The position numbers and the translations under genes were made by a program. The notes beneath the pieces were generated by a model. That model was not told where the DNA came from and made no database searches. It saw nothing but the letters and a program-made list of their open reading frames with translations. From positions 1 to 64,000 of IMG/VR virus record IMGVR_UViG_3300047491_001293: a stretch of DNA of 64,000 nt; one strand, 5' to 3'. This stretch comes from a virus. Positions 9,117 to 16,729 of the stretch are shown here, piece by piece (the first letter of the stretch is position 1; each line of letters opens with the position of its first letter).

Positions 9117-9491
9117 CTCCAGCTCCTTGAGCATTCGTGTGGCAAGGTCTCTTGGCATCTTCTCAGACAAATCCTTGAGATGGCTCAGCATACCCTCTGG
9201 GTCGCCCTCGCCGTGCCATGGCTGGAACTCTGGGACTTCGCTCTCATCTTGGTAATCAGGATGTTTGTATTCGCCCTTGGCTATTCTTTGAGCCATGGTC
9301 GAGAAGTATTTTTTTGCAATCAATATTATCTTCTCTTCCCTCTTCCAGTTTTTCTCAAGCTCATCTGGCTCATCAGTTTCATCGGAGTGGCTCTCAAGGG
9401 TTGGCCTCTGTGGCTTGCCTCCAATTTGCCTCAAGACGCTGTCCATCCAGGCCTGCTCGCTGATCGGGTTTTGGTCTGTGTAATGTGACAT
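9108..9491 (-). CDS. MSHYT-leader family protein 3
   Basis: Shared N-terminus; TATATA box and AGGAG SD upstream. Confidence 0.8.
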   Translation of the reverse strand: MSHYTDQNPISEQAWMDSVLRQIGGKPQRPTLESHSDETDEPDELEKNWKREEKIILIAKKYFSTMAQRIAKGEYKHPDYQDESEVPEFQPWHGEGDPEGMLSHLKDLSEKMPRDLATRMLKELESV

Positions 9492-9533
9492 GGTCTCTCC
9501 TATTTTTTTTTATATATGGCGCCTATCGGTTTT

Positions 9534-9890
9534 TCACCCCAGTTTCTCACGCCATATCTTGGCGTCCTTCCTGACATCCTGGTTGTACTTGCTCCAGTTC
9601 AGGAGGTGGCCGAAGAGGAAGTGGCAGTTGAGTGTCCTGTTCTGGCAGAGCACAATGAAGTTGGTTTCATCCAGTTCCCTTTCGCCATCTACATGCACGG
9701 GTACGACATGGTGCACGGCCAAATTCTCGGTGCTGCCACAAGCTGCGCAGCATGGGTTTGACTCCAGGAAGGCGTCCCTTTTCTTTCTCCACTTGCCGCT
9801 TCTGACGCAGAAGATTGCCCTCCGCTCCTCGGCTGAGAGCAGACCTACGCCTTGGCCTCCAAAGAGCCAGTTCCAGAATTTCCTGATCAT
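9534..9890 (-). CDS. HNH endonuclease
   Basis: CAACG...VHHVVP...N.IVLC...CH..FGH; start re-called to ATG 9890 behind TAAATA (9896-9901). Confidence 0.85.
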   Translation of the reverse strand: MIRKFWNWLFGGQGVGLLSAEERRAIFCVRSGKWRKKRDAFLESNPCCAACGSTENLAVHHVVPVHVDGERELDETNFIVLCQNRTLNCHFLFGHLLNWSKYNQDVRKDAKIWREKLG

Positions 9891-9936
9891 GAGCCTATTT
9901 AGGGTCAATGATCGGAGTTTATGGCATAGATAGGTC

Positions 9937-11076
9937 ATGAGATTCAAAGATTGGATGATATCCGAGAGCTCCAAGGGCATAGTGTCACTGGCCTACCCGG
10001 CGGTTGTCGCAAAGATATTCAACCGCAACCTTGGCAAGCATGCGCAGCTGATGGCGAAGTGGTACCGTGACTACATGTGGCCGAAAGATGAGTTCCCAAG
10101 GAACTGGTGGCACCAGGCTCACTGGTCAGCAAGGGGCAACATCACCATATCTGACTACACGGACCTATACGATGCCGCAACCGACGAGGCATCCTACAAC
10201 AAAATGCTTCGGCAACTGGGGATTGAGTTGGATGGAGGCAGTGAGTTCAACAGCGAGGAAAAGCGCAAGAGAATAGAGATGCTGATCGAGCATGACATCA
10301 TGGGCAGCTCGTTCTTCAACAACAGCCTTGTGCGCAAGATACTATCCGGCGAGATCCGTGACCTGTCGCCATACAAGAACCTTCGCTTTGGCGATGCCCA
10401 GATGAGCCTTGAGAAGAAGATGATGTTCTCCGGCATGAAAACGGTCAAGTCGTACGAGGATGGATACAAGTGGATTGATGTTGGGTCGAAGTGCAGTTAC
10501 ATTGGCAGGGAGATGAGGAACTGCGGCAGGGCCCTCTCAGTCTACGGCGACCAAGACAAGACAATACTTGTGCTTTTCGACGGCAATGAAAAGCCGCACA
10601 TACTGGTCACATATCTCCCCAACGACAGGGTCATAACCGCAGACGAGGGTGTTGGGAGCTCTGAGCCCAAGGAGAAGTACCATGGCTACATACTTGACCT
10701 CGCCAGCCACCTCGGCGCAGAGTATGACATCCACCACGCAAAGTCCAATACCTTGAGGGGCAAGTACCTGCTGTCACGCCTTGGGGCGAATTTTGAGAAG
10801 CTGCCAATCGAGGACACATTTTATGTGTACCATGTTTTTGAGGTTGGTGGCCGCAAGTTTTACACGAACGGATATACTGTCGTGCCCGCCGAGGATGTCG
10901 ACAGGGTTGGGGCAGCCATTGGCGATGGCAGCCTCGTTCTGTCTGGCGTGAAGAAAGGGCGGATTCCACTCAATGAACTGATAAAGCTGGTCATGTCACG
11001 GGCTCACGCCAGAAACCTTGAGGATTTTGGGGTAAGGTACCAATCGCTTGAATCCATGCCAAGGGCTGGGGCTTAG
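9937..11076 (+). CDS. protein with capsid-targeting-like N-terminus (MRFKDWMISES) and PcfJ-like domain
   Basis: W.DV...GREMRNCG...ILVLFD...KPHI pattern; TAGATA-N4-ATG. Confidence 0.6.
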   Translation: MRFKDWMISESSKGIVSLAYPAVVAKIFNRNLGKHAQLMAKWYRDYMWPKDEFPRNWWHQAHWSARGNITISDYTDLYDAATDEASYNKMLRQLGIELDGGSEFNSEEKRKRIEMLIEHDIMGSSFFNNSLVRKILSGEIRDLSPYKNLRFGDAQMSLEKKMMFSGMKTVKSYEDGYKWIDVGSKCSYIGREMRNCGRALSVYGDQDKTILVLFDGNEKPHILVTYLPNDRVITADEGVGSSEPKEKYHGYILDLASHLGAEYDIHHAKSNTLRGKYLLSRLGANFEKLPIEDTFYVYHVFEVGGRKFYTNGYTVVPAEDVDRVGAAIGDGSLVLSGVKKGRIPLNELIKLVMSRAHARNLEDFGVRYQSLESMPRAGA

Positions 11077-11077
11077 A

Positions 11078-11317
11078 TCACTTGAAACCTGCCAGCCCGG
11101 CCTTTATGAGCCCGCCAGCAATGATTAGACCAAGCCCCAGTGGCGCAGACAGCAATCCCCACAGCATGCCAATGGCGGCTGCGCCGCTCCTGTCGCCTCC
11201 AAATAAGGCGATGACCAGAAGTTCATCTGGAACGATCATGAACGGCAGTATCCATAGGATGAGGAAAGCCCCAGAGATGACAAGGATGTTTGCCAGTATG
11301 TTGAGTGCCCTCCTCAT
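11078..11317 (-). CDS. small two-TM membrane protein
   Basis: MRRALNILANILV..., two hydrophobic stretches; ATGA overlap with upstream MTase stop. Confidence 0.65.
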   Translation of the reverse strand: MRRALNILANILVISGAFLILWILPFMIVPDELLVIALFGGDRSGAAAIGMLWGLLSAPLGLGLIIAGGLIKAGLAGFK

Positions 11318-12258
11318 GGCCTGCACTCCATCTGTATCCTCTGTGCGATCCATCGCATGACTGGGACGGCCATTGAGTTGCCGAGTGCCTTGTACCTTGG
11401 GCCATCTGGGCATTTATCCGCCGGCCTTTTCCTGTAGCTTATGCGTGTGTAATCATCAGGGAACCCCTGGAGCCGCTCATACTCGACTGGGGTCATCTTG
11501 CGCACCACCATTGGGAGTGAGCTGTCTGATGGCACGCCGACCACGGTGCACCTGCCATCGCTGAGATCCTGGTTGCCAACGCCCTTGTAGTCCCTTGCCA
11601 TGAGGCAGCCTGCTATTTGCTTTCCGTTGGGTGGCACCCACTTGATGTCTGCTGGCGCAGCGCCGTCAGGAGTGGCTCCTGTATCTGTATGTTTCGCTTT
11701 GCCGCTCTGTCCAGCATCCCCCGGCACGCCTTCTGGCTCAAGTAGTATCTTGCAAGGTGACTTCCAGTCTCCAAGGCATCCGAGAGCAAAGACTCTTCTG
11801 CGCCGCTGGGGAACTCCGAAACCGGAAGCATCCAGCACTCTGTAGGCGACACCATACCCGAGCTGAGCCAGCGACCAGAGGAGGGTTCCAAAATCCCGTC
11901 CTCCACTGCTGGAAAGGGCACCTGGCACATTTTCCCAGAGGACATATCTTGGCCGTTCCCTGGAAACGACCTCAAGAAATCTGAGCATGAGTCCGCCCCT
12001 TGGGTCTGACAGCCCTCTCCTGAGGCCTGCGACTGAAAAAGCCTGACAGGGGGTTCCTGCGACGATGAGGTCTGGCTTGATTGATGGCCATTTTCCGTGT
12101 TCATTGAGGTCTCCTAGGTTTGGCACTGCTGGGTGCCTTTGGGAAAGAAGTTGACAGCAGAATGGGTCAACCTCGGCAACGGCTGCTGTCTCCCAGCCAA
12201 GCGGGTTCCATGCGACGCTTGCGGCCTCGATGCCAGAGCACAAAGATAGGAATCTCAT
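11314..12258 (-). CDS. C5 DNA cytosine methyltransferase, alpha chain, copy 1
   Basis: SLCSGI, GTPCQ, WENVPG, QRRRR, TPVEYERLQGFPD, YKALGNS motifs. Confidence 0.95.
   Translation of the reverse strand: MRFLSLCSGIEAASVAWNPLGWETAAVAEVDPFCCQLLSQRHPAVPNLGDLNEHGKWPSIKPDLIVAGTPCQAFSVAGLRRGLSDPRGGLMLRFLEVVSRERPRYVLWENVPGALSSSGGRDFGTLLWSLAQLGYGVAYRVLDASGFGVPQRRRRVFALGCLGDWKSPCKILLEPEGVPGDAGQSGKAKHTDTGATPDGAAPADIKWVPPNGKQIAGCLMARDYKGVGNQDLSDGRCTVVGVPSDSSLPMVVRKMTPVEYERLQGFPDDYTRISYRKRPADKCPDGPRYKALGNSMAVPVMRWIAQRIQMECRP
11613..12104 (-). CDS. nested +1-frame MTase beta-like chain, copy 1 (EcoHK31I-type)
   Basis: SGMVSPTECW..SEFPS...LSDALETG..ARYYLSQKACRG.L.RA conserved in all three copies in the same frame. 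Confidence 0.8.
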   Translation of the reverse strand: MNTENGHQSSQTSSSQEPPVRLFQSQASGEGCQTQGADSCSDFLRSFPGNGQDMSSGKMCQVPFPAVEDGILEPSSGRWLSSGMVSPTECWMLPVSEFPSGAEESLLSDALETGSHLARYYLSQKACRGMLDRAAKRNIQIQEPLLTALRQQTSSGCHPTESK

Positions 12259-13199
12259 CGCAAGCATCCTCCCTCAAACATGTTGATCCTGTGGGCGATC
12301 CAGTGCATGACCGGCACAGCCATTGAGTTGCCGAGCGCCCTATAGCGAACACCATGAGGGCAGGATTCTGGTGGCCTGCCACGGTAGCTTATCTGTGTGT
12401 AATTGTCTGGCAGCCCCATGAGCCTCTCGCATTCCACTGGTGTGAGCTTTCGTATTGGCCTTGTGGATATGATTGGCTTGTCGCAATTCCTCGTGAGTGA
12501 AGGGCATAGTTCATAGGAGTACTCGGAATTAGCCTGTCCAGTGGCCCGGCATATCAGACCTTTCTTCTTGGTCTTGCGACCTCGAGAAGGGCCTCCTCCA
12601 TTGGCTTTGGTATCCTCTTCCCATGCCTCCCTGCTCGGTTTAAAATCCCCATACATCCCCTCTGGCTCAAGTAGTATTTTTGAGGAATGTCGCCAGTCTC
12701 CAGAATGTCTGAGAGATACACCAAGGACAAAAACCCTCCTCCTTCGCTGGGCCACTCCGAGCCACTGAGAGTCCAACACTCTGTAGGTGACACTATACCC
12801 GAGTTGAGCCAGCGACCAGAGGAGGGTTCCAAAATCCCGTCCTCGGTTAGAGGAAAGAACACCTGGAACATTCTCCCAGAGGACATATCTTGGCCGTTCC
12901 CTGGAAACGACCTCAAGAAATCTGAGCATGAGGCCTCCCCTTGGGTCGGAGAGACCATTCCTGAGCCCTGCGACTGAAAAGGCTTGACAAGGGGTTCCTG
13001 CAACGATGAGGTCTGGCTTGAGTTTCGGCCATTTTTTTTGGCCATTGATGTCTCCTAGGTTTTTTACTGTTGGGTACCTCTGCTCCAGTAGTGCGTTGCA
13101 GAATGGGTCAACCTCGGCAACGGCTGCTGTCTCCCAGCCAAGCGGGTTCCATGCGACGCTTGCAGCCTCGATGCCAGAGCATAGTGATAGGAATATCAT
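12255..13199 (-). CDS. C5 DNA cytosine methyltransferase, alpha chain, copy 2
   Basis: Same motif set; divergent central variable region. Confidence 0.95.
   Translation of the reverse strand: MIFLSLCSGIEAASVAWNPLGWETAAVAEVDPFCNALLEQRYPTVKNLGDINGQKKWPKLKPDLIVAGTPCQAFSVAGLRNGLSDPRGGLMLRFLEVVSRERPRYVLWENVPGVLSSNRGRDFGTLLWSLAQLGYSVTYRVLDSQWLGVAQRRRRVFVLGVSLRHSGDWRHSSKILLEPEGMYGDFKPSREAWEEDTKANGGGPSRGRKTKKKGLICRATGQANSEYSYELCPSLTRNCDKPIISTRPIRKLTPVECERLMGLPDNYTQISYRGRPPESCPHGVRYRALGNSMAVPVMHWIAHRINMFEGGCLR
12554..13045 (-). CDS. nested +1-frame MTase beta-like chain, copy 2
   Basis: ECWTLSGSEWPS...LSDILETGDIPQKYYLSQRGCMGILNRA.RHGKRIP. Confidence 0.8.
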   Translation of the reverse strand: MAKKNGRNSSQTSSLQEPLVKPFQSQGSGMVSPTQGEASCSDFLRSFPGNGQDMSSGRMFQVFFPLTEDGILEPSSGRWLNSGIVSPTECWTLSGSEWPSEGGGFLSLVYLSDILETGDIPQKYYLSQRGCMGILNRAGRHGKRIPKPMEEALLEVARPRRKV

Positions 13200-13200
13200 G

Positions 13201-14166
13201 CTAGATGCTTCCCTCCTCCAGCATCTGTATCCTCTGTGCGATCCAGCGCATGACCGGCACAGCCATTGAGTTGCCGAGAGCCTTGTATCTTGGACCCTCT
13301 GGGCACCTTTCGGATGGCTTCTTCCTGTAGCTTATGCGTGTGTAATCATCAGGGAACCCCTGGAGCCTTTCGCAGTCTATTGGGGTAAGCCTTCGCACGG
13401 CAAGGTTTGATATGTCAATTGAACCGATGGATTTGTCGGAGCTGCCGAGGTGTCCCCTTGGCACAAGTTCTCCATTTGTGAGGCATGGCACAACATGCCC
13501 ATTTGCCATTGTCTGGTGGGTCAGCTTTTGTCCGCCACATTCCGAGTCGAGACATCCTGCAATATCTGGAACAAGGCCGGCGGGAGCTGCCGTGCTCTTT
13601 TTTCCGACCTTCTCAGTATCCCCTGGCATGCCTTCTGGCTCAAAAAGTACTTTGCAAGGTGACTTCCAGTCTCCAAGGCATCCGAGAGCAAAGACTCTTC
13701 TGCGTCGCTGGGGAACTCCGAAGCCTGCAGCGTCAAGCACTCTGTAGGCGACACCATACCCGAGTTGAGCCAGCGACCAGAGGAGGGTTCCAAAATCCCG
13801 TCCTCGGTTAGAGGTAAGGACACCTGCGACATTCTCCCAGAGGACATATCTTGGTCGCTCCCTAGAAATGACCTCAAGAAATCTGAGCATGAGTCCGCCC
13901 CTTGGGTCGGACAGTCCCCTCCTGAGCCCTGCGACTGAAAAGGCTTGACAGGGGGTTCCTGCGACGATGAGGTCTGGCTTGAGTTTCGGCCATTTTTCGT
14001 GCTCATTTAAGTTTCCTAGGTTCTGTGCGCCTGGGTGTCTTTGGGAAAGAAGTTCACAGCAAAATGGCTCGATCTCGGATACTGCGGTCGTCTCCCAGCC
14101 GAGTGGATTCCATGCGACACTTGCAGCCTCGATGCCAGAGCACAAAGATAGGAATCTCATTTTCAT
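13201..14166 (-). CDS. C5 DNA cytosine methyltransferase, alpha chain, copy 3
   Basis: Same motif set; divergent central variable region. Confidence 0.95.
   Translation of the reverse strand: MKMRFLSLCSGIEAASVAWNPLGWETTAVSEIEPFCCELLSQRHPGAQNLGNLNEHEKWPKLKPDLIVAGTPCQAFSVAGLRRGLSDPRGGLMLRFLEVISRERPRYVLWENVAGVLTSNRGRDFGTLLWSLAQLGYGVAYRVLDAAGFGVPQRRRRVFALGCLGDWKSPCKVLFEPEGMPGDTEKVGKKSTAAPAGLVPDIAGCLDSECGGQKLTHQTMANGHVVPCLTNGELVPRGHLGSSDKSIGSIDISNLAVRRLTPIDCERLQGFPDDYTRISYRKKPSERCPEGPRYKALGNSMAVPVMRWIAQRIQMLEEGSI
13521..14006 (-). CDS. nested +1-frame MTase beta-like chain, copy 3
   Basis: ECLTL..SEFPS...LSDALETGSHLAKYFLSQKACQGILRRSEKR..QLP. Confidence 0.8.
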   Translation of the reverse strand: MSTKNGRNSSQTSSSQEPPVKPFQSQGSGGDCPTQGADSCSDFLRSFLGSDQDMSSGRMSQVSLPLTEDGILEPSSGRWLNSGMVSPTECLTLQASEFPSDAEESLLSDALETGSHLAKYFLSQKACQGILRRSEKRARQLPPALFQILQDVSTRNVADKS

Positions 14167-14343
14167 CTAAGTTATTTGAGTGCCATTTTTCAAAAAAACA
14201 TTGATTGACCACAAGTGATAGAAACTTTTAACATGGTTTTCAAGCCATTGTCAAGTGATGATAATTTCACAAAATTTCTTTGTGGTACAAAAAAATAAGC
14301 ATGACATTTGAAAAATTCAATGAATCATTGGATGGCACAAATT

Positions 14344-14445
14344 TTATATGCCGACAGAGTATGTGTTTCCAGATTGCAGTTTTGATTTGCAAATAGTGAA
14401 AGATGAGAACCCAATCAGTGAAATGGAGTTTGTCTTGAATATCAT
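14344..14445 (-). CDS. small peptide, array member (MIFKTNSISLIGFSSFTICKSKLQSGNTYSVGI)
   Basis: Manual translation; ATG abuts previous stop; MI.KTNS start shared with neighbour. Confidence 0.45.
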   Translation of the reverse strand: MIFKTNSISLIGFSSFTICKSKLQSGNTYSVGI

Positions 14446-14628
14446 CTATATTTCCTTATTCCAATTGTCAGAAAAAAATTCAAAATTTAAAGCTGAAAAA
14501 GAAAAAGGTTTATTCATTATCAGTGACCTTACATATGCGTAAGAAGACCAATAACTTTTAGTGCCATAACTATACATATTCAGTGACCAACATTCGGCTC
14601 TAGAAAAACTGTTTGTTTTAAGGATCAT
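14446..14628 (-). CDS. small Ser/Trp-rich peptide, array member (MILKTNSFSRAECWS...)
   Basis: Shared MI.K.NS...ECWS motif with 14986..15198. Confidence 0.55.
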   Translation of the reverse strand: MILKTNSFSRAECWSLNMYSYGTKSYWSSYAYVRSLIMNKPFSFSALNFEFFSDNWNKEI

Positions 14629-14709
14629 GATATTGTCCAACATAATGACCTATGAAAAATCATATTGCCCCATCTATACTAAAAAACAAAAAAACGAGTG
14701 ACTTTAAGG

Positions 14710-14844
14710 TCATGGCTTAGTCCAACATTTACATTTCTTGCTATGTGCAGTAAACAGCAGAGACTTCCTGGCATTCTGCCATTTGGAGAATGAAAACCAT
14801 CTTTCAAAAAGTCTCACTCCTGATTTGCTTATTTTCAAAATCAT
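14710..14844 (-). CDS. small peptide, array member (MILKISKSGVRLFERWFSFSKWQNARKSLLFTAHSKKCKCWTKP)
   Basis: Manual translation; CKCW C-terminus shared with neighbour. Confidence 0.5.
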   Translation of the reverse strand: MILKISKSGVRLFERWFSFSKWQNARKSLLFTAHSKKCKCWTKP

Positions 14845-14848
14845 ACAT

Positions 14849-14989
14849 TCAACTCCAACACTTGCATCTATAACCATTTTTCAAGTTAGATGAATTCCAA
14901 GACAACAATGCGCCATTCCAGCAGTGTGAAAATGAATAAGACCTAGAGAATGAGCCAAAGATGGCAACATCATGATAGAGAACTTTCAT
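14849..14989 (-). CDS. small peptide, array member (MKVLYHDVAIFGSFSRSYSFSHCWNGALLSWNSSNLKNGYRCKCWS)
   Basis: Manual translation; ATGA overlap with upstream gene. Confidence 0.5.
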   Translation of the reverse strand: MKVLYHDVAIFGSFSRSYSFSHCWNGALLSWNSSNLKNGYRCKCWS

Positions 14990-15198
14990 ATGTCATTCAC
15001 CCAATTCCTAGATGCAACAATTGTAAACCTGGAAAAACACTTGGCGTGCGAGATTCCCAAAATCATCGACCTGGACAGCCAGAAGGATGATGTGTGATAA
15101 TTTTGACGCCAATGGTTTGACTTGAAGTTGCCCCAGGAACTTGGGCGCCTGTTAGACCAACACTCTATGTTCGAGTTGCTGTTTGCTTTTGTTATCAT
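14986..15198 (-). CDS. small Ser/Trp-rich peptide, array member (MITKANSNSNIECWS...)
   Basis: ORF track; shared motif. Confidence 0.55.
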   Translation of the reverse strand: MITKANSNSNIECWSNRRPSSWGNFKSNHWRQNYHTSSFWLSRSMILGISHAKCFSRFTIVASRNWVNDI

Positions 15199-15205
15199 TG
15201 GTTGC

Positions 15206-15394
15206 TCACATTAAAACCACCCAGGCAAATGATCTGGAGAAGCCATTTTTCCAGTTTGAACAATGCGATCGGCCGCTTGGCCAGCTCCTTGTGCATTGGT
15301 AGGCCAAGGACTGCGTCCATTGGTGCGAGAATGGCCTCCACCTTTCATCCGACCAACATGATGTGTCATCGGCACGGTTCGTTCTGTGCATCAT
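15206..15394 (-). CDS. small Ser/Trp-rich peptide, array member (MMHRTNRADDTSCWS...)
   Basis: ORF track; CWS motif at equivalent position. Confidence 0.55.
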   Translation of the reverse strand: MMHRTNRADDTSCWSDERWRPFSHQWTQSLAYQCTRSWPSGRSHCSNWKNGFSRSFAWVVLM

Positions 15395-15397
15395 GGG

Positions 15398-15586
15398 TCA
15401 TAAGCCCTCCTTGAAGCAAGCGCTTCTTGTCTTGAAAAAAAGACCAAGGTTTGACTCTTGGCAGCCAAAACTGGACCAGTTGATGCTTTTCTTGCCGCAG
15501 AGTCGGGATAGGAACTCCCTGGCAACGAGGGAATTATTGTAGGATCTTGACCAGGACTGGGAGCCATTATTTTTCCTTGTGATCAT
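15398..15586 (-). CDS. small Ser/Trp-rich peptide, array member (MITRKNNGSQSWSRS...)
   Basis: ORF track; ATGA overlap with upstream gene. Confidence 0.55.
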   Translation of the reverse strand: MITRKNNGSQSWSRSYNNSLVAREFLSRLCGKKSINWSSFGCQESNLGLFFKTRSACFKEGL

Positions 15587-15924
15587 GGCTTCTTCTTCTT
15601 GAGTGGGTTCTTGTTGAAGACATCATACAGCTTCTTGCCAAGCTTGCTTAAGCCCTTCACGGACTTGCAGTGTTCAGTTGTGTCAAATATCTCAATTTCA
15701 GATATTTCATGCCTGATTGTGGGGACAAACCTGTACGCCTTGGCGGCATTTTCCTTAAGGCATGGGTCACAGATGTATATCTCCAGCATGTCGGTTGGGC
15801 TGTCAAAAACCGTGCTGCCATAGTTCCCTGGCGTCTGCCAGGCCGTGGCATTGTCTGGTGGGGACTGGAAGCCCTTGCCCAGTGACTTTAACTTTTTGCC
15901 ACATCGAAAGCACTCTCTCTTCAT
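15583..15924 (-). CDS. CxxC...CxxC zinc-binding hypothetical protein
   Basis: MKRECFRCG...ICDPC; AAAGGAG SD; start re-called. Confidence 0.75.
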   Translation of the reverse strand: MKRECFRCGKKLKSLGKGFQSPPDNATAWQTPGNYGSTVFDSPTDMLEIYICDPCLKENAAKAYRFVPTIRHEISEIEIFDTTEHCKSVKGLSKLGKKLYDVFNKNPLKKKKP

Positions 15925-15942
15925 GATATCTCCTTTCCCTCG

Positions 15943-15972
15943 ATTGTAACATGGATTTGTTGCCAGTGTCAA
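15943..15972 (-). promoter_or_regulatory. sigma70-type promoter TTGACA-N18-TACAAT (extended -10)
   Basis: Direct match upstream of 15924; heads the co-oriented run to 11078. Confidence 0.7.
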
Positions 15973-16000
15973 TTTTGCGGTAAAATTGAATATATAGGCC

Positions 16001-16729
16001 ATGGTGACTTTCTTTGAGTTTGTTGAGATACTGAGGCTTGAGGCCGCCGAAATAGCACGGGATCTTGGCGAGTTCAAGATCATCCATGACGGCATGGGAG
16101 ATTACCACAGCAGCTTCTCCCATGCGTCAACGCCAATAACCGTCTATTTCAAAAAGAAGGCCATGAGGGAGCCATCCTTTTCCAAGGATGAATCTGGCAA
16201 GCCAACACTGGAAAGGCTAAGTGGTTATGAGATAACATTCAAGGGTCTTAAGGACTTTGAGCCGACTGGGGAGGCTGGTGGCGATGCATTCTCCATTTAC
16301 GGCAAGGTGCTCGCTGTGGTGAAGAAATTCTTGGATGAGATGGCAACAAAGAAGCCAAACCCCGTTGAGTTCATCACATTCACTGGGTTTGACCCAAGGA
16401 TGAGCTTGATCTACGAGAGGTTTGTGAGGAAGCACCTTGGCGGGATGTACACCAGAGTTGACCCAGAGCATCTGGTGAGGAATGATGTGGTCAATGCCGC
16501 CAGGTCAATGACGCAGGGTGCGTCTGACAAGGCAATACAAGTTGGTCAAGATAGCCATGTTGGCTACCTTGACCAGATAAGACAGGCCAAGGGGAGCCAG
16601 GCTGCGCTGCAGCTCCTCAAGGCGCCAGAGGCGGAGAAGTCAGTGCCTTGGTATATGGTCAGGACAGCGCAACATCAACAACCAACGAAAGGAAAGAGAA
16701 ATGTACGACAGGAACAACCAGCACTATAA
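16001..16729 (+). CDS. hypothetical protein with capsid-targeting-like N-terminus (MVTFFEFVE)
   Basis: TATATA-N4-ATG; core resembles 40300..40974 and part of 45568..47853. Confidence 0.7.
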   Translation: MVTFFEFVEILRLEAAEIARDLGEFKIIHDGMGDYHSSFSHASTPITVYFKKKAMREPSFSKDESGKPTLERLSGYEITFKGLKDFEPTGEAGGDAFSIYGKVLAVVKKFLDEMATKKPNPVEFITFTGFDPRMSLIYERFVRKHLGGMYTRVDPEHLVRNDVVNAARSMTQGASDKAIQVGQDSHVGYLDQIRQAKGSQAALQLLKAPEAEKSVPWYMVRTAQHQQPTKGKRNVRQEQPAL

